Made by a program: the position numbers and the translations under genes | Notes under the pieces: model-generated | Seen by the model: only the letters and a program-made list of their open reading frames with translations | The model's database searches: none | Told to the model about the DNA's origin: nothing | Assembly (NCBI RefSeq): GCF_009914755.1 | Contig: NC_060934.1 | Origin: the human T2T-CHM13v2.0 reference genome, Homo sapiens | DNA: 64,000 nt | Strand: one strand, 5' to 3' | Part shown: positions 53,400 to 64,000 of the stretch, one piece after another | Layout: every line of letters begins with the position of its first letter | Position numbering within the stretch: the first letter of the stretch is position 1

Positions 53400-56300
53400 T
53401 TAACTTTGAAGGTCTACTACACATACACCTGGCACTTAGCAGATACCCAAGTTCTTCCTTCTTGCTCACCAACTCTTGTTCATCTTGCTTCCTTAAGCTC
53501 CTCCACATTTGTCTCCAACACCACCTTTGCTTCTGCAACTGCCCTGGCTCAGTCTCTCACTGTCTCTTTCCCAAATACTGTAACCACTTCTAGTGTGGTC
53601 TGGGGTGGTGAGTCTTCTCTGTTTGCCTCTCTCCCTCTCATTCTCTCTTCATTCTTCTCTGCCCTGTTCTGTGTCCCCAGACCGAACACCTGCAGACTCC
53701 TTCACAGCCAGCAGCCAGTTCTGGCTATTGCCCATGGAAAGCCCCAAAAGAAGACCTAGGGGCTGTTTTTTGCACCATTCCTGCCCCGGATCATGTTTCC
53801 AGTCATGGCTGCATCCTCAAAGGTCTGCAGCTCCTGCCGATGGTGCCTCCAGCTCTCACCTGGCGCAGTGATGCAATTTCCTGCCTTCACCCACTGCTTT
53901 GGGGCTCTGGGGGCCTTTTCATCCCTCACCGGTCCCACCCACCCTCCATGAGCAATAGCTTTATTCATCCATGGATTGAGCCCCCTAAGTCAGACTATTT
54001 CCTGCCAGAATCCCCAGTGTACATGCTGTCCCCTGCTTCTGCTGACGCCATGCACAATTCTCAAAGCACAGTCCTGACTGCGTCTCTCCCATGCCCAGAC
54101 ACCTCTCCATTGCTGCAGTCAGTGTGAAAGGGGCAGCGTGTGCAGAGGGCCGCTCATAACCCTCTGCACTTGGCTCAGATGTCCTCTTCTCTAGTCTCCT
54201 TCCTCTGTTGCTTGTCATTTCCCAGCAGAACAAGCTGCTCTCCCTAAACACAATCCCCACTGCTCCCTCTCCCCAAATCTCCATAGCTCCAAATCCCACC
54301 TGTCCATCGAGGCTCAGCTAAAATGTCACCTATTCCATAAAACTTCCCATCTTCTTCCAGCTGGAAGCAATTTTCTCCTCATCTATACTCCCAGGGGATA
54401 TTATCTGTTTCTCTCTTGGTCACTTATCACTTCCCCAACCTGTATTAGGATAATTTATATACAAGCTGTAGCTTCCCTTCTGGGCTGTAAATTCCAATGG
54501 TGCCTCTTTCATCTCGCTGAGGGCCGTGTGGAATGGTCGTTACACAGGTGTGCTCTGGAGACAGCCCTCCCAGCTTCAAAGCCTGGCTCTGCTGCTTTTT
54601 AGCCACATTAACTTGGCACATTACGTTATCCTGTGGAGCCTCTTGTTGCTCATCTGCAAAGTGGGGGTGTGCGTTTTGGGGGAAATAATACCACCTGTCC
54701 TATAGGATTGTTGGAGGATTACATGAGTTAGTATATAGAAAACAGTCTGAAGGGGGTTGGCACATCATGAGCACCCTCATATCTTCTCTTCCTCTTATTC
54801 TCAGTAGCATGTGGCTAATTCATTCCATGTGCTGTCAAGATAACGGGAGAGTAGATCAGATGATAGGGCAATGCCTGGAAAACAAAAACCTCCTCATCAC
54901 AACGATTTTCCTAGATTGGTCGTGTTAGAGAATGTGACCATTTCCAAAGCTGGAATCCCATTCGGAGACAAAGACCAACTTCTCATTAAAACATCAGACA
55001 AACTGATGCCTATAGCTAATGAGTGGCCAGAGCTGGGGCTTGAAGTTCTCTCACAGCAAGTGTTCTTCTTCTATGCTCTGCCAAGCTTTTGAATAATTAG
55101 TTTCCAAACTTCTAAGCCTTAAGAGAAGTTGACCTCAAGGAGACCAGCCTGGAAGATGGAACCCCCAGTGGAAAAGGGGCAAGGACCCACGGCTCTGGGG
55201 ATTCCCCAGGACTTGCCCCACCTCCTCACAACTTGGGAGAGAAATCCAAGGGTCTGCAAACGCTGCCTAGTGTTTGCCTCTTGGAACTTCACATCCTGCT
55301 TTGGGAGCAGTTTACCCTCTGAGTAGCTCTCAAAATAATGCAAGATTCCTTCGCTTTGAGTGAGAGGCATGGGCATCTTTGGCGAGGAGGTTGACATAGA
55401 GTCACTGGGAAGAGATGGAAGAGAAAGAGCCCCCATTTGTGATAGCCAGTCAGAAAGCAGAAAATAGATTTGGTCTGATGACATTTGGGCAACTATTGAC
55501 CTTGTCATGGAGCCCAAAGGCACTGGCCAGGTGGGGAGGGGTTAGGTGGCAGAATTTCAGGGAGAATGCTTCCAAACCTCTGCCACCAGGAGTGTATGTC
55601 ATCCCTACCCTGCAGTTGGCTGGCTCCCTCTGGGGCCCATCTAGCTACCAACGCAGATGCCTCACAAACCAGGGGTGGCGGGAGAGTGTCAGTAGAGGGT
55701 GGGGGCGACCCCACAGGTCACCCACTGAGCTGGAGTCGCAAAACCAGGCAGTATGGGTGCGGAACTGGGCTCAGCTAGCTCCATGATGCAGATATGGGAC
55801 AGGTGTTCTCTTTTGGGCAGCATGGAAGTTGGAGCATGGAAGGCCAGACACCCCTGCCTGGCCTCTGTGAGATCTCTGGAAAGTCTCCTAAAGCCACCAA
55901 GTGTCAGTTTTTCTCATCTTTAAGATGGGACTTGAAAGTTTCTCAGCTATTGGGAGCAGGTGAAAAGGCCTGGAGATGGGGGAGTGGAGTTGGGGGCGGG
56001 GGTTCTGGCTCACCTGAGCACCTGAGTGAGGTGAATTCAGATCCTGGTGCTACCACATAATGCGGTGTGTCCTTGAGAAATGGATAAACTCTGAGTCTCA
56101 TTGTCTTCACCTTTACAAAGGGGTCATTGTGAGGGTCAAATGGTGATGCACGTGAAGAGCTCAGCACGGAGCCTGTTCATGTGATTATTAGCAAGGCACA
56201 AGGCCAGGCACACGAAGGCTCAGTAAACCTTAATAGAATGGACCATATACGGGAGGGACTTCGGCCATTACAAAGGGCCACATAGAAGCAAGGGCTGTTG

Positions 56301-58047
56301 TTATCATACCCAGGCAATGGGGGCACTTTTGGGTAAGCTGTGGTGGTTTCTGCCCCTGGGAGACCTTCTCCCAGCCTTCTTTGCATCTCATGTTGGTGTC
56401 CAGCCTGGACTTGGGAACCCATGCAACTGACCTTTATCCAAGAGTGGGAAGGACCCTGCTGGAAAATGACTTACTAGAGAGGAGTTAAACTGTGATCCAA
56501 ACTTAGGTCTCCGTTCAGAATATTCAGTGGTCAGGACACCGGGGCCCCTTGGTACCCTTCCAGCCAGCTCTAGCTGCAGGTTGGAACAGTGGACAGGTTT
56601 GGCAGGAGTGCAGGTGAAGGGGGCAAGAGGAGGATCATTTTGGCTGCGGTGTGCTGGTTGTCTCTTGGTGTGCTCCCCAAGCCCTGGGGGGCAGGCAGAG
56701 CTGGCTGTGGGGGAGGCACTGATAGAGGTTTCTCCCATCCCTGCCCCTGCATCAAACTTTCAACTTTCAAACACCAGGGAGCCACTGTCACTCCTGTCCA
56801 CATGGAGACAGGAGAGAGTCACGGGGGAGGAGCTAAGAGACTATAACAAGGCAAATATATTAAGGAAGGGGATGTAAGAACTTCCCCCACCAAGACTACC
56901 ATGCCCTTGGCTCATAGACATAAGCTCATAAACACACATGCATGTACTTGTTGATACAGTACGTGTAACTATACAGACTTTGAATAAACATTTATTATAC
57001 TCCTATAGGGCCCTGACACTACAAAAATGAGTCCAGTTCTGTCCTCAGGGAGTTTGCAGTTTGGGGTGAGGTGGGGGAAACTGACTCAAACAATGAGGTG
57101 TTGGTGCTATCTCTTCTATGTGCAAAGCCCAGGGGGTTTGAGAGAGAGACATTTAATCTGCTTATGAGAATCTAGGAGTGCTTCAAGAAAGAGGTGCTGA
57201 TAGAACTGGGTGTTGAAGGGTGAGTAAGAGTCCTCCAGGTGGGCTAGACAAAAATCTAGTTAGATGTTGCCTCCAACAGGAAGTCTTTCCTGATCCTTTC
57301 CCCTTCCCCACCCACCTGGCCTAGGTGTCCAGGGCTTCTGATTCCTTGACACTTTGCATGTTTCTGCCACGGTGAGCCACTGAGGGCAGAGACTGAGTGT
57401 TTGTGCCCCTAGCTTCTGAATCATGTCTAACATATACAAGACTTTCAATAAATGCTGAATAAGTATGAAAAAGAAAAGGAAGACATGCTGGGCAGAGAGC
57501 GGAGTGAGCAAAGGCAAGGAAGAGGGAAGATGAAGGGGAGTGGAGGCATTTGCCGAGGCAGGACACAAATAGAACAATGCAGGGACATAAGTCAGATGCT
57601 GCTGAAAATGGCAGCCCACAGCACCGCTTACCAACTCTCCCATGAAAGACCTTACCTTACAGAGAGGAATAAACAGCTATTGCTCTTACCTCAAACATCC
57701 TCCCAAATGCCTGCCTTTTCTCCCTCCCTGGGGAAGACAAGCAAGACCAGTGCTGCCACAGGAGTTGCTCAAGGTTGCTCAAAGGAGTTGCTCAAAGAAA
57801 CCAGGAATAGGACCTGGTTTCTCTGCTGTCATTGTCCTTAGCTTACAGCCTACAGCCTGGCAAATACCAGTGCCATGGACTGATGAATGCTTTGCAAATC
57901 TGGTTCCCATTAAGTTGCCAGTAAAAAAACCCAAGAGGTTCATGTGGCAAAGTCAGACTAGATGTGAGCAGATTGACAAAAGTCCCAAAGAACTGAACTA
58001 GCCCCATGGCTCTGATACCCCTCGTGGGTTTGAAAATATCCAGCGAT

Positions 58048-58380
<333 letters not shown>

Positions 58381-58939
58381 CTAAAAGAAGATAAAAAGTC
58401 ACACTATCAAATAACAAATGCCTCATCAAAACACAACCCAGAGATCAGCCCAGTTCTTCCAACAAGAAACAGGCCAGTCATGACAGTATTATAATTATGA
58501 TGACGAGGAAGGGAATGCTAGCCAACCACTCCCCTCCCCGCCCCGGCCTCTATCAGGGGTAAGCCCAGGAGGCAGGAGTGCAGAGTGGCTGAGGGCAAGG
58601 CCTCTGCCCTGTTGGAATAGCCTGGGCCTGCCCCTTCCTAGCCTGTGAGCTGTGACGGGGATTCAGTGAGGGTCTCAGGCTGTGTACAGCCCAGGACAGT
58701 GCCTGGCTCAGAGTGAGTGCTCAACAAGCTTTAAGTGTCGTTAGTATTCTTGCTGAAAACATGAAAACTAACCCCAGAGCTAAGCAGTGGAATTCTGCCC
58801 GTGTTGGGGGTGAAGAGACCAAAGTTCAGAAAAATTCATTAACATGTCCAGGATCATACAGCTGGAACAGGGGAACAGGCAGGGCTGAGCTCCAAGTCCA
58901 GGCAGGCTGAGCCCAGAGCCCTCGCTTTGAAGCTGTTTT

Positions 58940-59163
58940 ATATGACTCCTTAGCAGGAAGCTACTCAGGGCGGACTGACTCAAGAGCATTGTTTCCTGGA
59001 ACTCCTGAGTCCAAGAGCTGGGGGAATGCTGGAAACAAGGAGAAGGAAGGCAGAGAATGCTTGTGGAGGCAGCAAGGAATAAATAGATGCAAGAATATTG
59101 GAAGGTGTCATAAGAGGGATAAGGAACCAATCGCACCTCTGTCTCGCCCCATCCCCTCTCCAG
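58940..59163 (+). ncRNA. Possible lncRNA exon ending at a strong 5' splice site; 5' boundary uncertain
   Basis: CAG|GTGAGA at 59163/59164; TATA-like TTTTATAT at 58936-58943; no credible ORF. I recall a lincRNA annotated about this far downstream of FAM241B (unverified). Confidence 0.3.
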
Positions 59164-59361
59164 GTGAGAAGTGCTGGCTCTGTGTGAGACTTTATGTCAG
59201 ACAGGGGCTCAGTGCTGACCGTTCAGCCCTGTGCCTAGGGACAGCCCTTCAGCCTCCTTGACGATTTCCTGATTTAGTCTGGGTCTGAGGGCACCTCCTC
59301 ATCTGGCCAATTCAGGGTAAAAGAATTTGGAAAGCTCAAACACTCAAGAAATTTAGTTTTT

Positions 59362-59668
59362 TGTTTTGTTTTGTTTTGTTTTGAGAAAGGGTCTTGCTGT
59401 GTCACCCAGGCTGGAGTGCAGTGGCACAATCACCATCACTGCTCACTGTCGCCTCAAACTCCTGAGCCCAAATGATCCTCCCACCTTAGCTTCCTGAGTA
59501 GCTGGGACCACAGGCGTGCACCACCACACAAGCTAATTTTTTTTTTTTTGTAGAGACAGGGTCTCACTATGTTGCTCAGGCTGGTCTCAAACTCCTGTGC
59601 TCACACAATTTTCCTGTCTCGGCCTCACAAAGTGGTGGGATGACAGGCATGAGTCACTGCGTCTGGCC
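59362..59668 (-). mobile_element. AluJ
   Basis: Diverged J-type dimer; TSD aagaaatttagtttt / aagaagcttagtttt. Confidence 0.94.
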
Positions 59669-62311
59669 AAGAAGCTTAGTTTTTAAAATAACAATCAGTA
59701 AAATAGGTTACAACTTTTCAGTCAAACCTGTCAGGTGAGACGAAAATTCAGGAAAGCCAGGCCACATTATTTTCAGTTAAGTTCTGTGAAAACTTCTGCA
59801 AAATCAATCAGAAACTCCGTCAGTTCATCTCAAAGTCCTGGGAGTCTAGACAGAAGTTCAGGCTTCGCATGTACTGGGGTGGTTGGTCGGAAATTTGGTG
59901 AGGTCGGTCCAAAATCCAGCAAGGTCAATCTAAACTCTGGATCAGTCCCAAGTTTAGTGCGGCAAGGTGAAGTCCGAGCGGTGTAGTCAAATATTTAGCC
60001 AGATTCATCATGACGTCACCCCGACCATTTGGGGTTGGGTAGGCCATCGGGTGTGGGACTGGGTATGTGATGGGCAGACAGACAGGCAGAGGATTGGCAG
60101 TGTGCGCAGGCCTGGGAGCCAAAGTGGAGACTGAATGGTAGTTTCTGGGGGTTTCCAGAACCACCTCCAGCAGGAGCCCAGCTGGGGAAATTGTGAGGCT
60201 GACCAAGAGTAGTGCGTGGTGCTCCCAGACATGTCCCTGCCACTTCCTTGAGGAGACCTGAAATGCTACTCTGTTGACCCCTACAACCCCAGCACATTGC
60301 TGAGCTGCCAGCCTTCTGACGCCTACCCCCTGTCCAGCCACTGGGCAGCCAGCCAGCATGTTTTGGCCTAAAGGACAGCAGCTCTGTGCACACACGTAGC
60401 ACACGCTTGTCCCCACACGGCCTGCCTGTCTGTTCTCCCACGCTCCTTTCCCTTTCTGGCCAGAGCTGAGCAGGCAAAGCCAACAGCTGGCCTGGTGCCC
60501 TGGTGCGTGGAGGTGTAGCTGGGCTCTGACCCAGCTCCTCAAACAGGTTCCATATGGCCCTCCCGGCTGCCCCCCACTCCCCTTCCCCACCTTGACTGTT
60601 TCTGAGATTAAAACCCTTTCCTGGTTTCCCAGCAGTGGCAGGGAGGGGCTGCCACGCTGCTGTTGGGGCTGAGCCGGTGTGGAATACTCATCAAATGTTA
60701 GCTGGAGGGGGATGGATTTCTTGGGCAGTTGGGTGAGGGGGCATGGAGGGGAACACATGGCTTGAGCACAGGAGAGACCTGTTGGCCCCTGCAGCCCAGC
60801 TGCAGCCTCTGGAGAAGCTCCTGAGTGTCTGACCTCGGCAACAGGACCTCAAGACTTCAGTGGGAACAGACAGCCTTCTGGGCCTCTCTACTTCTCTCCT
60901 TGTACCCAGAATTCCTCCTGCAGCTAAGAGGGGTGTGATGAAAGCAAAGAAAGGGACAGCTGGGATGGGAGAAGCCCTGGGGGGAGCAGGGAGGCTCCCA
61001 CATGTTGTACCCTCCGGTAACACTCAGGCCCTGGACAGTCAGCAGAAATTCAGACATGGCATTGGAATGGGGTCCTGGGGCAGCCATCCCTGCTGAGCCT
61101 GGTGCCTGCCCTTTGGTAGCAGGGCTGTGGGAAAGCCTTGGGATGCTGGGAGCAGAGTAATAGGGTGTGGTGAGAGTAGGGGATGCTCCAGGAGCTTGGG
61201 ACTGCAGCTATCTACCCCTGGTACTGAAGTATTTGAATATTTTAACAGCCAGCTTGGTGGTCCTGGTGGCCCCCGCTGAACCTTAGCCTTAGGTTAGAGC
61301 CCATCTCTGCTCTAGCTCTGGCTTCTTCCCTGGAAAGGCTTTTGTTGACCGTGAAACCTGAAGACATGCACACACACAAACATGTGAATGTGTGTGTCTG
61401 CCTGTCTGCGTGAACTCTCTGGGCTCCCAGCCCTTCTAAGTGCCCAGAAAACCCAGAAGCACTTGCCCACTCTTGCACTTTGCCTGCCCTTGTCCTCCTG
61501 CCCCAGCCCCACCATGTCCAGCCCAGAGACTAGTCCAGAGGCACAGCTGATCCACTTCTGAGCCCCTGGCTGAACCATGTCCTGGGGCTTCTTAACTCTT
61601 ATCCCTCCTCCATCCTGTCCCAGACTTGTGCCTGGGAGCTGGCTGGCATGACTGGGGCTCTGAACATTTGGAAGGCTTCCATTTAAACTGTCCCCCTACC
61701 AGACTATCCTCCTGCCCAGCCAGCCACACCATTGGCCCAGCTCTGGGAGCCTATCCCACATGCCTTGGAAGATCAAAGCAGGCTCCACGTCCATTTTCAG
61801 TGATGACATCCGGCTTCAGCAGGTGGTGATTTAGGATCTCAGCTCTGGAAGGCCCTCAGGGATCTCCATTCTGGCAGTCTCATTTTCTCATGGAGACCCA
61901 GAGAGGAGGAGGGCGTCAAGCTGGTGGCTGGCTGGGACTGGAACCCCAGTGTCCACAGCTCCTGGAATTTCACCAGGAGAAAGGGAAAAAGTGGACAAGG
62001 AGACTCAGCTAAGACAGACTTTCCCTTCTTCTCCTAGAACAAGCTATGGGTGGAGGAAGGAAAAGACTTTGGAGATTGTTGTCTAATGGCTTAGTAGTCC
62101 TGCCCATGCCCATGCCTTGGCCACTTCTCCGCATCTACATGGGGTGCCGGGACATCATGGTGCCTCAGGTGGACCTGCAAGAGGTTGCAGGGCAGTTTCA
62201 AGGGCATGAAGGAAGCCTGATCTGTGAAACATTTTGCAACATTGGTGCGGATAAGGGACCCGATAAAGGAGCTCAAAGAGCCTCAGTCCCACCTCCTTGC
62301 CCGTCTACTCC

Positions 62312-62714
62312 TGCTATGGTTTGAATGTTTGTCCCTTCTGAAACTCATGTTGAAACTTGATCCCCAATGTAACAGGATTGAGAGGTGGGGCCTTTAAGAG
62401 GTGATTGTGTCATGAAGGCTCTGCCTTCATGAATCCATTCATGGATAAAGGTGTTAATGGATTAATGGGTTATCATGGGGCTGGGTTAGTTATCAGGAGA
62501 GTAGGTCCATTATAAAAGCCATTTTGACACACTCTTGCCCTCTCACCACATGATTCCTTCCACCATGTCATGACACAGCAAGAAGGCCCTCACCAGATGC
62601 AGCCCCTCAACCTTGGACTTCCCAGCCTTCAGAACTGTAAGAAATAATTTCCTTTTATTTATAAATTACCCAGTCTCAGACATTCAGTCAAGCAACAGAA
62701 AATGGACTAAGACA
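62312..62714 (+). mobile_element. MST-family (MSTD-like) MaLR solo LTR
   Basis: tgctatggtttgaatgtttgtccc...aatggactaagaca; 5-bp flanks actcc/acttc. Confidence 0.92.
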
Positions 62715-64000
62715 ACTTCCTTCCTCTCACTCTCTCTTTAGCTGTTAAAGCTATTGCTATGCACAGGGAGAGAATGGAAGCTGATTTTGTTTCTCCTCTG
62801 GGGGTGCTGTTTGGAAGTCTGGGGCTGAGGAAGGAGCAGTCATGGCCCCAGCCAACTCCTTGCATATGTTGGGGGGTGGGGGATGATAAGGGACGCTGTG
62901 CACCTAGCCTAGCTTTGCACTGCCTTGTCCATCGAGCCCAACATCCCTTACAGACATCTGGAAGCCCTTTCAACAGTCCATATCCAGATGTTCCAGGTCA
63001 GTGGGCAACTCTGAATTCTCCTTCCACCCTCTCATATCTGGGCTCTGATCATTGGTTTCTCCCCCAAGATGTCTTTCCAGGGACATCCCTGTTCTTCCAG
63101 CTCTGCTCAAACTCTGCTGAAAGACTTTGGTTCTCTGCCCTTCACATCGTTTTCTTGAGACATTGCATTCCTCTGCTATCACTCTGATCCTAATAGTCAC
63201 AGTGAACAAGGTGGGATACACTTGATTGAGATGTTAACAGGTATTTTTCTCCTGGGGGTTTGCTCTGCACTCCCCATTCCAGCCACTGAGCCTGGATTAG
63301 GAAGAGGGGCAGGACAGATGGTGGGTGGAAACAATGGAGTCTTCCTGGCTTTGTACCCTGCTAACCCCAGACCTTAGCAGACATGAGAGGTTGTAAGGGC
63401 TTATTGGAAATGTGGGAGCAAGGTCTGGAATGGCAGCAGGCAGTGAACATTGAAGAGGGGCTTCCCTGGAGAGTTCCAGGAGGCAGCAAGATTGTAAGAG
63501 GGAAGGGCTGGGTAGCAAGTTCAGGCAGACAGCCTGCCTGGCTTCCCATACCCAGGTGAGGCCCAGATCTGAGAAATAGCTCCTGGGCCCTGGCACCTTG
63601 CGGACAAGAGGCAGGGGAAGGCAGGTATGAGGGTCAGTTTGGTGATGAGTTTCAGGATATGTCCACTGAGGCATGACTTTGTGGGGCGAATGCTTCAGGG
63701 AGACGCCAACATCTCTCAGAACCTGGGGTTATACAAAAGCCCCCATAACTCAGACTCCCCTTGGGGAAAACTGGGAGTTTGCCCCAAATTCAATGAGATT
63801 GTGTCTACTGCCACAACTGAGTGGGGAGCTCAAGCCAGCCATTAAATTGCTATAGAAAGGTAAATTATTTTGCCTTGCATGGCTGAGTTACAGCTCAAGC
63901 ATGGAACCCACTGCACTAACACTGACAGGTCCTGGGCAGCGTGTTCTTTGATCCTCATCATTAGCTTCAGGGGGTACATGCTGTGATTCTTCCCATTTTA

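Noticed and set aside
59925-60758. 277-aa minus-strand ORF
   Set aside because: Non-ATG start, no recognisable domain or supporting exon structure.

Overview
Human (primate) genomic DNA with AluJ/AluS, L1PA, MIR/L2 and MaLR/ERV LTRs. The only supportable protein-coding gene is FAM241B (C10orf35) on the + strand. It has a CpG-island promoter (~4.0-4.9 kb), two inferred non-coding exons, a CDS at 5793-5888 joined to 6839-7108 (121 aa, C-terminal hydrophobic hairpin) and an AATAAA at 7624. From recall, not checked, this is the 10q22.1 interval between NEUROG3 (left of the window) and COL13A1 (right). The remaining ~56 kb is non-coding and repeat-rich. Most notable observations: (1) a ~1.1 kb non-repeat segment (19468-20582) bracketed by two identical, inverted 14-bp RFX X-boxes, with two more X-boxes and a dense homeodomain/SOX/PBX-ONECUT cluster inside, a candidate endoderm/endocrine enhancer; (2) further motif-dense candidate enhancers at ~51.9-52.6 kb and ~59.7-60.05 kb; (3) a divergent pair of CTCF motifs (13457 minus, 18777 plus); (4) a single Alu whose left monomer is inverted, with twin-priming hallmarks (34071-34387); (5) a ~0.5 kb segment resembling the distal CALM1 3'UTR, a probable UTR-only retrocopy; (6) a three-level nested insertion, MIR > MLT1A > L1PA. 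Repeat subfamily names come from visual recognition and need RepeatMasker confirmation. All regulatory calls are motif-based inferences.
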